Shown here: positions 11,055-21,225 of the stretch, in pieces | Position numbering within the stretch: position 1 is the first letter of the stretch | How the letters are laid out: the number at the start of each line of letters is the position of its first letter | Source: an uncultured Pseudobdellovibrionaceae bacterium | GTDB taxonomy: Bacteria > Bdellovibrionota > Bdellovibrionia > Bdellovibrionales > UBA1609 | Assembly: GCA_963803705.1 (NCBI GenBank) | Contig: CAWDNU010000001.1 | Span: 448,001 to 512,000, forward strand | Direction: 5' to 3' | Length of the DNA: 64,000 nt | The notes under the pieces: generated by a model | What the model was told of the DNA's origin: nothing | Databases searched by the model: none | Seen by the model: the letters and a program-made list of their open reading frames with translations, nothing else | Made by a program: the position numbers and the translations under genes

Positions 11055-11564
11055 ATGATATTAAGTCACATAGTTGCTGTTAGTGAAAATCAAGCCATCG
11101 GTGTAAAAAATGGTCTTCCGTGGAATGTACCGGAAGATTTAAAGTTTTTTAAACAAAAAACTTTGAATTCAATCCTACTTATGGGTCGAAAAACTTTTGA
11201 TAGTATTGGACGCCCCTTGCCTAAAAGAACCACGATAGTTATCTCTAGATCTTCAAAGCCTGATAACTACCCCCAAGACTTGTATTGGGTGTCTTCTATA
11301 GAAGCAGCTCTTGAAAAGGCAAACTTGCTTGCTAAAGAAAAAAATAAACAAGAGATATTTATCGCGGGTGGCGGTGAAATATATAAGCAATCTATGTCTT
11401 TAATTAATAAAATTTATCTGACAAAAATACATATAAGTGTGGACGCAGACGCTTACTACCCTGAGGTTCCAGAAAAAGACTTTAAAATTGTATCTAAAAA
11501 ATCATCAAGTGATGACAAACACTCTTACACATTCTATGAATACGAACGTGAAGTTAAGGTTTAG
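11055..11564 (+). CDS. folA: Dihydrofolate reductase
   Basis: LPWNVPEDLKFFK, MGRKTFDSIGRPLPKR, GGGEIY; follows thyA. Confidence 0.96.
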   Translation: MILSHIVAVSENQAIGVKNGLPWNVPEDLKFFKQKTLNSILLMGRKTFDSIGRPLPKRTTIVISRSSKPDNYPQDLYWVSSIEAALEKANLLAKEKNKQEIFIAGGGEIYKQSMSLINKIYLTKIHISVDADAYYPEVPEKDFKIVSKKSSSDDKHSYTFYEYEREVKV

Positions 11565-11620
11565 TGTGCGTAAGCCATTCTGGACCATACCTTAATATAT
11601 AATTGAATCGAGGTTCTTTT

Positions 11621-12874
11621 TTGAATGTAGCAATATTAGGCTCTGGTGGGCGAGAGCACGCCCTTTTAAAAGCCTTAAGTCAAAGCTCCAAAGTAGAAAA
11701 AATTGTGTGCGTACCAGGTTCAGATGGTATCGCCCTAGAGTTTGAATGTAAGAACATTTCTTTAGAAGCCGAAAACGAGTTGATTGAATTTTTTAACAAT
11801 GAAAAAGTCGAATTCGTAATTATTGGCCCAGAAGATCCTTTGGTTTCTGGTCTTGCAGATACCCTACGAAAAAATGGATTTAAAGTTTTTGGACCAGGGG
11901 CAGAGGGTGCACGCCTTGAAGGTAGTAAGATTTACTCTAAAAATTTCATGCGAGCAGCAAACATACCGACAGCTGGTTTTGCTATTGCTCGGACAAAACT
12001 TGAGTCCATGCAATGCTACAAAAATTTTAAGTTTCCACTGGTTGTTAAAGCAGATGTCTTAGCCGCTGGTAAAGGTGTTTACATCTGTCAGTCAGAGGCA
12101 GAATATTTTGCTGCCATCGAAGTAATCTTTGATCAAAAAAAATTTGGTGTTTCCGAGGTGTTGATTGAAGAGTATATCTCAGGTTGGGAATTGAGCTACA
12201 TTTGCATAACTAACGGTTTAGATTATCAAGTTTGCCCCTTAACACAAGATCATAAAGCATTAAGAGATGCCGGGGTTGGACCCAATACGGGTGGCATGGG
12301 TGTTTTTGGTCCTGTGGACATAGGTAAAGAGCTAGAAGATAAAATTAACAGCACAATTGTAGAGCCAACTTTAAAAGAACTTAGACAGAGAAAAATTGAT
12401 TTTTCTGGTGCCTTATTTATAGGTCTAATGATTGAAAACCAAAACCCTTATGTTCTTGAATACAATGTCCGATTTGGTGATCCTGAAACGCAGATCATAA
12501 TGCCCCTTATAGACGGTGATATTTTCGAGATCTTATACTCTAGCGTCGTGGGTCCCCTTATGACCGTCAAAAAGAAGAAAGATGTGTACGCCGCATGTGT
12601 TGTGCTCGCAGCCGAAGGTTACCCTGACAACGCGCTTAAAGGTAGTAAAATAGAGCTTCTTGATCTAAGCCAAAACTTAGAACAATACTTTATTTTTTCT
12701 GGCGTAAAATCGCTCGCAAATAAGTTAGTCGTTAACGGTGGACGGGTGATGGGCGCTGTGGGCATTGGAAATTCAAAAACAGATGCCATTGATAAGGCTT
12801 ATGCTCAAAGCGAAAAAGTCATTTGGAAAGGTCTTCAAAAGCGTTCAGATATTGGTAACTATTTTAAAAAATGA
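11621..12874 (+). CDS. purD: Phosphoribosylamine--glycine ligase
   Basis: GSGGREHAL, GPEDPL, LEGSK, GPNTGGMG, EYNVRFGDPETQ; TTG start uncertain (11603 or 11621). Confidence 0.95.
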   Translation: MNVAILGSGGREHALLKALSQSSKVEKIVCVPGSDGIALEFECKNISLEAENELIEFFNNEKVEFVIIGPEDPLVSGLADTLRKNGFKVFGPGAEGARLEGSKIYSKNFMRAANIPTAGFAIARTKLESMQCYKNFKFPLVVKADVLAAGKGVYICQSEAEYFAAIEVIFDQKKFGVSEVLIEEYISGWELSYICITNGLDYQVCPLTQDHKALRDAGVGPNTGGMGVFGPVDIGKELEDKINSTIVEPTLKELRQRKIDFSGALFIGLMIENQNPYVLEYNVRFGDPETQIIMPLIDGDIFEILYSSVVGPLMTVKKKKDVYAACVVLAAEGYPDNALKGSKIELLDLSQNLEQYFIFSGVKSLANKLVVNGGRVMGAVGIGNSKTDAIDKAYAQSEKVIWKGLQKRSDIGNYFKK

Positions 12875-12893
12875 TATTTATTTGAGTGAAGGT

Positions 12894-14294
12894 CTAACCA
12901 TTTAAATCGTTGTCCTCTTTTAATCCTTTCTTTTTAATTTTTTCTACAAGAGTGGTGCGATTTATCTTAAGAAGATGGGCAGCTTTATTTCTATTCCAAC
13001 CGGTTTTTTCCAAAGCTTTTGTAATAAGTCTATTTTCGAACTCTAGGACTAAAAGATTATAGTCTACCCCAGAGTCAGGGATCTCTATATCATTATTAGT
13101 TCTTTTTACGACTATGTTGGAATATCTAGAAGGTAGGTCTGATAGCTCAATGACTCCTTCTCCGATAATAATCGTCAGCCGCTCTACTAAGTTTTCAAGC
13201 TCCCGTACGTTTCCGGGCCAAGAATAATTTTGTAAAGCTTCAAAAGCTTCAGCCGAAAAGCCTGAAATTCTTTTTTTCTTTTCCTGATTATACTTTTGGA
13301 CAAAATAATTCACCAAAATTGGTAGATCAGATTTTCTATTTTTTAAGGAAGGAATATGAAGGGGTATCACATTTAACCTGAAGAATAGGTCTTCTCTAAA
13401 TAGACCTTTTTTTATCAGTTGTTCTAGATTTTTATGTGTAGCAGCTATCACTCGGGTGTCGATCGTGATGGGTTTGGATGATCCGACACGTTCAATACGT
13501 TTTTCTTGCAAAACTCTTAATAATTTTACTTGAAGCTTAGGACTCATGTCCCCAATCTCATCAAGAAATATGGTGCCATTGTGCGCAAGCTCAAAACGAC
13601 CTTTTCGCTCTTGGTGAGCCCCGGTAAAAGATCCCTTTTCATGACCAAATAGCTCGCTTTCCAGCAAATCTTCAGGAATGGCTCCACAGTTGACGGCTAT
13701 AAAAGATTTTTTAGAGCGATCGGAAGCAAAATGGATTCCTTTAGCAACAAGCTCTTTTCCTGTGCCGCTATCACCAGAAATTAGCACTGTGGAATTTGAA
13801 GGTGCTATTCTCTCTGCTAAATCAATCACTTGTCTCATTTCTCTACTTTTACCGATGATCTGATGAAGGCCAAAGTGCTTATTGAGCTCAGATCTAAGGC
13901 GCTCATTTTCTTCTTTGATTTCCTTATGGGTTAAGGCTTTATCAACCAAGGTTATCATTTCACTGAGTTCAAAAGGTTTAGTTAAAAATTGAAAAACCCC
14001 TCGGCGAGCTGCTGTTAAAGCCACTTCAATGGTTCCAAAGCCAGTTAGTATAATAACTTCACAATCTGGTTGTTCATTTTTTATTTCGGTAAGCAGATCT
14101 AATCCGCTGCCATCTGGTAGCCTAAGGTCAACTATGGCCAAATTAAGTTTCAATTGACTGGCCACTATAGATTCGGCTTCTCTTTTTGTCTGAGCAGTAA
14201 TCACCATGTGATCATATCGTTGTAAAACTTTAGATAAACTCTTTCTAACAATCGAATCGTCATCTACTACAAGAATCTTATAATTACTTTTCAA
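12894..14294 (-). CDS. Sigma54-dependent NtrC-family response regulator (REC-AAA+-Fis HTH)
   Basis: Receiver domain; GDSGTGKE; ESELFGHEKGSFTGA; WPGNVRELEN; C-terminal HTH. Confidence 0.95.
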   Translation of the reverse strand: MKSNYKILVVDDDSIVRKSLSKVLQRYDHMVITAQTKREAESIVASQLKLNLAIVDLRLPDGSGLDLLTEIKNEQPDCEVIILTGFGTIEVALTAARRGVFQFLTKPFELSEMITLVDKALTHKEIKEENERLRSELNKHFGLHQIIGKSREMRQVIDLAERIAPSNSTVLISGDSGTGKELVAKGIHFASDRSKKSFIAVNCGAIPEDLLESELFGHEKGSFTGAHQERKGRFELAHNGTIFLDEIGDMSPKLQVKLLRVLQEKRIERVGSSKPITIDTRVIAATHKNLEQLIKKGLFREDLFFRLNVIPLHIPSLKNRKSDLPILVNYFVQKYNQEKKKRISGFSAEAFEALQNYSWPGNVRELENLVERLTIIIGEGVIELSDLPSRYSNIVVKRTNNDIEIPDSGVDYNLLVLEFENRLITKALEKTGWNRNKAAHLLKINRTTLVEKIKKKGLKEDNDLNG

Positions 14295-14405
14295 TAAATC
14301 CCCTTACCTTTGCTACTAGAGCCTCTTACACTTCTAATCATAAAGATTTTAAAAATGTCCGTCAAATTTTTAACAGGACTAAAGTGTAGCGACATAACAA
14401 CGAAG

Positions 14406-15812
14406 TTATAAATCTAGATTTAAACTTTTATTATTTCGGACGCTTATTAGAATTGACTCTATGACTTGTTTACAGTCCAGAGCCGCATCTAGAAGATCCT
14501 GAATATCAGCAAGAGCGTTTGCTGGGGTGCTATCTGGCTCACTAAGTATCAGTTGCAAAAAAGTAATAATGCCTGCAAGGGGATTGTTTAGCTCATGAGC
14601 CAGACTACCAGCCAAAATACCGAGGTCAGATAATTTGGCTTTTTCTAGAATCTTTAATTCTATTGATTTTCGTTCAGTGATATTCTCATAGATATTGATA
14701 AAAGTATCGTTTCTATGATCATGAGTCTTAATTTTTTGACTTGTTACACTGATCCATTCTGATTTGTTTTTTAGCTCAAAATTTTTCCCTAGTTGGCAAC
14801 CTTCGCATGGTCTTTCAGCTTTAAATAGAAGTTCATAGCATTTCTTTGGTGCTTCATCCGTATCGAAGTTGCTATTGAGCAAATTAAATTTTGAATCCAC
14901 AATTGTGACCTGATGCTTGATGGCTTTAAAGGTTTGCTGCCATTGAGACTGTGTAACCAAAAGGTCAGCGTAATTTGTGACTTGGTTTATTTTAATACTT
15001 ACAATTTCGCTCAGCTGAAGCAAAAACGATTCCTCTTTTTTCATAAAATTTGAATTCATTTTAGCGAAGTAAATGTGACCAATACTCTTTTGGCTAAAAT
15101 GTAATGGAGTTCCAAATATTCTATATTTCTTTTGGTTTTCTATTATAAATGTTTCGCTATAAACCTCTTTGGATCCAACCAAGATTCTAATCCACTTCGT
15201 TTTAAAGTAAGGTTCTAGTTTCAGAGTCAGAAAATCTTCAATTTCGGGTATATTCTTTGAATCTTGTACTCCAAGGATACATTCATAAAGTAGGTTTAAT
15301 TGCTCTTGAATTGAGATAAGCCTATCTTGTGACCTTCTAAGGCTTTTGTTTTTTATGACAACACGGTCTTCAAGCTCTTTGTTAAGCTCTCTTAGTTTTA
15401 CACCTTGCTCTTGAAATAATAAATAAAAGTTGTTGTTTTGCTGGTGATAATCGTACTTTCTTAATGCAGTTAAAATTGATTTTTCTACATCTTGAATATT
15501 ATAGTTTTCGGTCTCGTAAATCGCGTGGGGATTGAGAGTAGAAATCAAAGTATTCCTTAATTCAGTTTCAAAATTATCGATTATAACAATAACTTCTGTT
15601 TGAAGGGTTTGAACCTCCAGGGATCTAAATAGTAGCTCTAAATCATCAGCGCTTAGATCTTGAGTATTGATGATCAGAACTTTGGCGATTTGATCATCAA
15701 GGTAAGGTAAAACAAACTTTAACTCTAAGTGTTTCGTAAGCTCAAAATCATTAGATAAATCAAGCTGTTTTCCCCATAGTAAAATATTTGAAAAGCCTCT
15801 AGTTTCAGCCAT
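14406..15812 (-). CDS. Histidine-kinase-like protein ending at the HisKA/DHp domain (no HATPase domain)
   Basis: H-box GSLAHELNNPLAGI near the C-terminus; coiled coil, GAF-like and Cys-motif PAS-like regions upstream. Confidence 0.8.
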   Translation of the reverse strand: MAETRGFSNILLWGKQLDLSNDFELTKHLELKFVLPYLDDQIAKVLIINTQDLSADDLELLFRSLEVQTLQTEVIVIIDNFETELRNTLISTLNPHAIYETENYNIQDVEKSILTALRKYDYHQQNNNFYLLFQEQGVKLRELNKELEDRVVIKNKSLRRSQDRLISIQEQLNLLYECILGVQDSKNIPEIEDFLTLKLEPYFKTKWIRILVGSKEVYSETFIIENQKKYRIFGTPLHFSQKSIGHIYFAKMNSNFMKKEESFLLQLSEIVSIKINQVTNYADLLVTQSQWQQTFKAIKHQVTIVDSKFNLLNSNFDTDEAPKKCYELLFKAERPCEGCQLGKNFELKNKSEWISVTSQKIKTHDHRNDTFINIYENITERKSIELKILEKAKLSDLGILAGSLAHELNNPLAGIITFLQLILSEPDSTPANALADIQDLLDAALDCKQVIESILISVRNNKSLNLDL

Positions 15813-15954
15813 ATCTTATCTTCCATAAAAACTTCATAGAGTTAAATAGCAAATAGACTAGTTTGTTGTGAATTAGCTACAAAAAGTGTTAGATTTGACC
15901 GTATATAGCTAGTTGCTAAAGTCGTCACTTACAGTTTGTCAGGGGAGTTATTCA

Positions 15955-17307
15955 ATGAATTGGGATTCAATTATCTTAGCAGCTGGTGAAGGCACTCGGA
16001 TGTTATCGAAGACTCCGAAGGTTATGCAAAAAGTTGCCGGTCAGCCGATGATCGTAAGGATAATAGAGGCCCTGAACTCTGCAGGAACGAAGAACATCCA
16101 TGTGGTCATTTCAAAGAAGATCGAGAAGGAAATTATTCCTTTGAAATCAATTTACAATAATATATTTTATCACATCCAAAAGGAACCCAATGGGACAGCG
16201 GATGCGGTAAGTAGTGTAGATTCAGAACTTAGTGATTATGTTCTTGTCTGTAATGGTGACCACCCGCTAGTGAATCAACAAGATATAAAGGCTTTTATTC
16301 TTGAAGCAGAGTCATCAAATTCAGAGTTCAGTGTAGCAACATTAGATATCGCAGAGCCTGGGGTATTTGGGCGGGTACTTTTACAAAATAAAAATTTTGC
16401 TACAGAAATTATAGAAGCGAAACATTGTAACGAGGATCAACTAAAAGTTAAATCAGTTAACTCAGGATTTTACTATGGAAAGTCCAGCCTTTTATCTGAT
16501 TTTTTAGATACTAACCCCAGTGATGCAACAAAAGAGTTCTACTTAACAGATATAGTTAAATATTTGACCTTGAAAAATATAAAAGTATCAGCGGTCAAAG
16601 TCTCAGAAGATATAGGTTTTGGTGTGAATGATCCCGTGGCACTAAGCTTAGCGAACCAAAAAGCTTATTTGCAAATAAACCAAACTTTGATGAAAAAAGG
16701 CGTAAGGTTTATTAATCCAAGTCTTAGTTTTATTGATCAGAATGTCGAAGTAGAAAATGATGTAACAATATTTCCTAATGTTTTTATCAGCGGCGCCTCT
16801 AAAATTCAATGCGGGACTACCATAGAAGCCGGTGCTCATATTATAAATAGTTTGGTTGGCCCTGATTCAGTAATTAAAGCAGGCTGTTACATAGAGCATG
16901 CAGAAATTTTGGGTGGATCTAGTATAGGACCTTACGCACATCTGCGGAAAGGTAGTACAATTCATCCCAACGTAAAGGTTGGAAACTTTGCCGAAATTAA
17001 AAACTCGGTATTGTATCCCGGTGTAAAGGCTGGCCATCAATGCTACCTCGGAGATTCAGAAGTCGGAGAAAACACGAACATAGGCGCTGGAACGATCACT
17101 TGTAATTTTGCAGCAGACGGTAAAAAGCATAAAACTATTATCGGTAAAAACGTGTTTGTGGGTAGTGACACGCAAATAGTTCCCCCGGTCACCTTAGAAG
17201 ATAACTGTGTGATAGCCGCTGGTTCTACCGTTACTAAAAATGTTGAAGCAAAAAGTTTGTACGTAACTCGCGCTAAGTCAGTCATCAAATCAAATTATAG
17301 GAAGTAG
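15955..17307 (+). CDS. glmU: Bifunctional UDP-GlcNAc pyrophosphorylase / GlcN-1-P acetyltransferase
   Basis: ILAAGEGTRM..PK, hexapeptide repeats, NIGAGTITCN; start after GGGGAG RBS. Confidence 0.96.
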   Translation: MNWDSIILAAGEGTRMLSKTPKVMQKVAGQPMIVRIIEALNSAGTKNIHVVISKKIEKEIIPLKSIYNNIFYHIQKEPNGTADAVSSVDSELSDYVLVCNGDHPLVNQQDIKAFILEAESSNSEFSVATLDIAEPGVFGRVLLQNKNFATEIIEAKHCNEDQLKVKSVNSGFYYGKSSLLSDFLDTNPSDATKEFYLTDIVKYLTLKNIKVSAVKVSEDIGFGVNDPVALSLANQKAYLQINQTLMKKGVRFINPSLSFIDQNVEVENDVTIFPNVFISGASKIQCGTTIEAGAHIINSLVGPDSVIKAGCYIEHAEILGGSSIGPYAHLRKGSTIHPNVKVGNFAEIKNSVLYPGVKAGHQCYLGDSEVGENTNIGAGTITCNFAADGKKHKTIIGKNVFVGSDTQIVPPVTLEDNCVIAAGSTVTKNVEAKSLYVTRAKSVIKSNYRK

Positions 17308-17309
17308 AT

Positions 17310-19151
17310 ATGTGTGGCATAGTTGGGTACTTAGGCGCAAAAAGCACTAAGAATATATTGTTCGACGGGTTGAAAGCTTTAGAGTACCGAGGTTATGACA
17401 GTTCAGGGCTTTGTATTTTGAATCAGGGTCAGTTTATAAAGTTTAGGGCACCAGGTAAAATTGTCGAACTTGAAAAAAAAGTTATTGGTAAAAATCTGGA
17501 AGGTCATGTTGGCATAGCGCATACCAGATGGGCAACACATGGTCCGGCTGTTGAAAAAAATGCTCATCCTCATGAGGTCGGTGACATATGTATTGTCCAC
17601 AACGGTATCATTGAAAACTACCATACTATTCGGCAACAACTTATTAAGCGCGGGGCCAAGATAAATTCAGACACAGACTCTGAGCTTGTAGCACATCTAA
17701 TTAACGAACAACTAAAGATAAAGGGCGACTTTTACAAAGCAGTGGTTGAGGCGCGCAAAATGCTTGAAGGCGCATTCGCTGTACTCGTGATTTCGAAAAA
17801 AAATCCAAATGAGTTGATTGCATTTAAATCGGGTCCCCCAATGATTTTGGCAAAAGGAGAAGACGATTTTTATATAGCCAGCGATGTTCAGGCGGTTATT
17901 AAGTACACTAAAACTGTGTACTATTTAAACGACCATGAAATGGTACACATCAAAAATAAAGACGCAAGCGTCACTGATATTCAGGGACAAGAAATACCAA
18001 TTGAATTTGAAACGATTATTTGGAACGCGGAGCAAGTCGATAAGAATGGCTTTGCTCATTATATGTTAAAGGAAATTTATGAACAGCCGAATGCCGTAAG
18101 CTTGGCTTTATTACCACACATTGATTCCGAAACCCAAACATTAAAGATAAGTGGATTTTACGATTCACTAGATCAAACTAATGAATTTTTAAAAAAAATA
18201 AAACGTATTCAAATTATTGCTTGTGGAACAAGTTTTTACGCAGGTATGTACGGGGAATACGTTTTTGAAAAGTTGGCCGGAATTAGTGTCGATATCGATA
18301 TTGCTAGCGAATATCGATATCGAAGTCCAATTATAGATTCTGACACCTTAGTTATTTTTATATCTCAAAGTGGTGAAACTGCGGATACTTTGGCAGCCCT
18401 TCGCTTAGCTAAGTCTGCCGGAGCAAGAACTTTAAGTGTCTGTAACACTTTCAAATCCAGCATAGACCGTGAAAGTGAATTTTCAATTTATATGAACTCA
18501 GGCCCAGAAGTAGGTGTCGCAAGCACAAAAGCTTTTACGTCTACTTTAGCTATCATGGCAACTTTAGGTGTGGCTATAGCCAAAGCCAGGGGTAAGCTAT
18601 CAGAGCAAGACGAAAAAAAGTGGGTTGAAAGTTTACTTAGCCTGCCATTGAAAATGGAGAATGTGCTGGCTTACGACAAATTTTTTAAAAAGGTCAGTCA
18701 TTCACTAAAAAGTAAAAAAGGATTTTTATACATGGGGCGCGGGGTGAATTTTCCAATAGCAATGGAAGGAGCGCTAAAGTTAAAAGAACTTGCATATATG
18801 CATGCAGAAGGCTTTGCTGCTGGTGAGTTAAAGCATGGGCCCATGGCCCTAATTGATGAAGATATGATGATCGTAATTCTATGTCCTGAAGATGACTTGT
18901 ACGATAAGACAATGAGCAACTTAGAAGAGGTAAAAGCTAGGAAGGGCTTGGTAATAGGTTTGGGTGATTTGGGTGACACCAAGCTAGAATCTATGTGTGA
19001 ACATTACCTAGGATTACCGGCGGCGGACTGGATCACCTATCCAATACTGGAAACATTACCCCTTCAACTTTTAGCTTACCACGTAGCCAATAGTTTAGGT
19101 CATGACGTTGATCAACCAAGAAATTTAGCCAAATCCGTAACCGTCGAATAG
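17310..19151 (+). CDS. glmS: Glutamine--fructose-6-phosphate aminotransferase
   Basis: MCGIVG, HTRWATHG, SQSGETADT, C-terminal PRNLAKSVTVE. Confidence 0.98.
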   Translation: MCGIVGYLGAKSTKNILFDGLKALEYRGYDSSGLCILNQGQFIKFRAPGKIVELEKKVIGKNLEGHVGIAHTRWATHGPAVEKNAHPHEVGDICIVHNGIIENYHTIRQQLIKRGAKINSDTDSELVAHLINEQLKIKGDFYKAVVEARKMLEGAFAVLVISKKNPNELIAFKSGPPMILAKGEDDFYIASDVQAVIKYTKTVYYLNDHEMVHIKNKDASVTDIQGQEIPIEFETIIWNAEQVDKNGFAHYMLKEIYEQPNAVSLALLPHIDSETQTLKISGFYDSLDQTNEFLKKIKRIQIIACGTSFYAGMYGEYVFEKLAGISVDIDIASEYRYRSPIIDSDTLVIFISQSGETADTLAALRLAKSAGARTLSVCNTFKSSIDRESEFSIYMNSGPEVGVASTKAFTSTLAIMATLGVAIAKARGKLSEQDEKKWVESLLSLPLKMENVLAYDKFFKKVSHSLKSKKGFLYMGRGVNFPIAMEGALKLKELAYMHAEGFAAGELKHGPMALIDEDMMIVILCPEDDLYDKTMSNLEEVKARKGLVIGLGDLGDTKLESMCEHYLGLPAADWITYPILETLPLQLLAYHVANSLGHDVDQPRNLAKSVTVE

Positions 19152-19329
19152 AATTTGTAAGATATGTTTTTTAAATTTAATTGTATCATTTATGTATTAA
19201 AAAACTCAAACAAACCTTGTCATTTGCCTTGCATACGCAAGGCTTCATGCCAACGAACTCGTTTTTAATACATAGATGATACAATTAAATTTAAAAAACA
19301 TATCTTACAAATTCTATTCGACGGTTACG
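19136..19329. repeat. Long inverted repeat (68 bp arms, 67/68 match) around a conserved structured core; family 1, copy 1
   Basis: 19136-19203 is the reverse complement of 19262-19329; core 19205-19261 is shared with 31479-31539. Confidence 0.95.
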
Positions 19330-19342
19330 ATTGGTCTTTATT

Positions 19343-20701
19343 TTAAATATTTAGCCATTGGAAAAAGCTCTTTTTGGCGACGGCAAGTTGGGTGTCTTTT
19401 CTTAAGCGCTTTAGGTCAGCCTTTTTGATTTTCTTTGGCTTTACTTTCGCCAGTGACTCTTCGCTTAATTTTGGTAATAAACTAAAATTTATATTCATAG
19501 GTTGATAATTTTCTTTTTCTTCGCGAAGAAAATTATACAATGATCCAAAGGCAGACGCACGAGGTGGCGAAGAAAACGTTTGGTCGCTTAGTTTTTGATG
19601 AATAAATTTCGCAACTAAAAGTCCAATGCAAGTTGAATCAAAATATCCTTCTACACCAGTGATTTGTCCTGCAAAAAATAAGTTGGAATTTTTTTTAGAA
19701 GATAGATCATCGTTCAGTAACTTTGGCGAATTGATATACATATTTCTATGAATGCTGCCAAGTTTAACAAATTCTGCATTTTCAAGTCCTGGGATCATTG
19801 AAAAAATTCTTTTTTGTTCTGGGTAAGCCATTTTAGTCTGAAAGCCAACCATATTGTAAGCAGTGCCTTCCCTATTATCTTGTCGTAATTGTACTACGGC
19901 GTAGCATCCGTGATTTGTATGGGGGTTTCTTAGGCCTTTATAACTTAGGGGACCAAACCTTAATGTGTTATCACCACGCTCGACGATCTCTTCTATAGGC
20001 ATACAATTTTCAAAGTAAGGGGTGTTTTTTTCAAATTCTTTGGGCTCAATCTTTCGCGCTTGTTTTATTTCATCAATAAGCTTCAAGTACTGTTCGCTGT
20101 CCAAAGGGCAGTTTATATAATCACCACCTTTTTCGCCGTCACCCCACCGATCGGCCTTCCAGCATATGTCCATGTTAACGCTATCTGTAGCTATTATTGG
20201 TGCAATAGCATCAAAGAAATAAAGTGAATTCAAACCGAAATGTTTTTGCAAATTTTTAGCTAAATCTGATTCAGTAAGTGGGCCAGTGCATACAACAGTA
20301 ATATCTTTCATATCCTCGATATCTGTTACAATTTGATCGATACATTCAATGTTTGGGTGTGAAGTCATAATTTTAGTTAACTGCTTGGAAAATTTTTCTC
20401 GGTCTACGCTTAACGACATTCCAGCTGGGACGGCGTAATCTTTAGCTATTTTTAGAATAATAGATCCAGCCTGTTCAGCTTCCCACTTAAGCTGGCCTGA
20501 AGCCGAATAGTTGGTTTGACTGCCAAAAGAGTTTGAACAAACAAGCTCGCCGAAGTCGGCGCTCTTGTGCGCAGGAGTAAGCTTGATTTTGCGCATTTCA
20601 AATAGCTTAACCTTGTAGCCTTGCTCGGCTAACTGGTAAGCGCATTCAGAGCCAGCTAAGCCTGCGCCAACAACATTTATAATAGGTTTTAAATGACTCA
20701 T
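19343..20701 (-). CDS. trmFO: tRNA (uracil-54-C5)-methyltransferase TrmFO
   Basis: GAGLAGSECA, ELVCSNS, FFDAIAP, VVQLRQDN, AGQITGVEGY. Confidence 0.96.
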   Translation of the reverse strand: MSHLKPIINVVGAGLAGSECAYQLAEQGYKVKLFEMRKIKLTPAHKSADFGELVCSNSFGSQTNYSASGQLKWEAEQAGSIILKIAKDYAVPAGMSLSVDREKFSKQLTKIMTSHPNIECIDQIVTDIEDMKDITVVCTGPLTESDLAKNLQKHFGLNSLYFFDAIAPIIATDSVNMDICWKADRWGDGEKGGDYINCPLDSEQYLKLIDEIKQARKIEPKEFEKNTPYFENCMPIEEIVERGDNTLRFGPLSYKGLRNPHTNHGCYAVVQLRQDNREGTAYNMVGFQTKMAYPEQKRIFSMIPGLENAEFVKLGSIHRNMYINSPKLLNDDLSSKKNSNLFFAGQITGVEGYFDSTCIGLLVAKFIHQKLSDQTFSSPPRASAFGSLYNFLREEKENYQPMNINFSLLPKLSEESLAKVKPKKIKKADLKRLRKDTQLAVAKKSFFQWLNI

Positions 20702-20804
20702 CTGGCCTCATATCTATGTGAATAAACGAACCTATTCAAGCTTGTATAGATCTTTTTGTTAAAGACTTTGACAAGGGCCACCCTAACCCTGTTTTAATCT
20801 AAGT

Positions 20805-21191
20805 GTGAAAAAAAAACCTAAACTAAGCACTGCAACAGAGGTGTTGCAAAGCTTGCTCACTAAAAGCTCGATGCCAATATCTAATGAATATAATCGTTGG
20901 CGAGTGATTCAAAATTGGTCGGAAATCATCGGTCCACAATTAGCATCTAGAACCTTCCCTATAAAATATTTCAAAGGCCACCTTTACATATGGGCCTCAT
21001 CATCATCGGGTCTTCAGCAGTTTTATTTTATATCAGATATCATTCAAAAAAAAATTAACGACTACATGGATAAGAATTGGGTTCACAAAATAACCTGGAC
21101 CCAGAACAAAGGTTTGCTGGATAAAATATCTGATCAAGATAAAAAAGTTTTGGACGGGTTAATTAAAGGCAGTGAATCTAAACGTCCCTAA
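20805..21191 (+). CDS. DUF721/DciA family protein
   Basis: WSEIIGPQLASRTFP pattern; typical size. Confidence 0.75.
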   Translation: MKKKPKLSTATEVLQSLLTKSSMPISNEYNRWRVIQNWSEIIGPQLASRTFPIKYFKGHLYIWASSSSGLQQFYFISDIIQKKINDYMDKNWVHKITWTQNKGLLDKISDQDKKVLDGLIKGSESKRP

Positions 21192-21225
21192 ATTACTTCC
21201 AGAAGCAGTTCTTTGCCTTAAGTTT

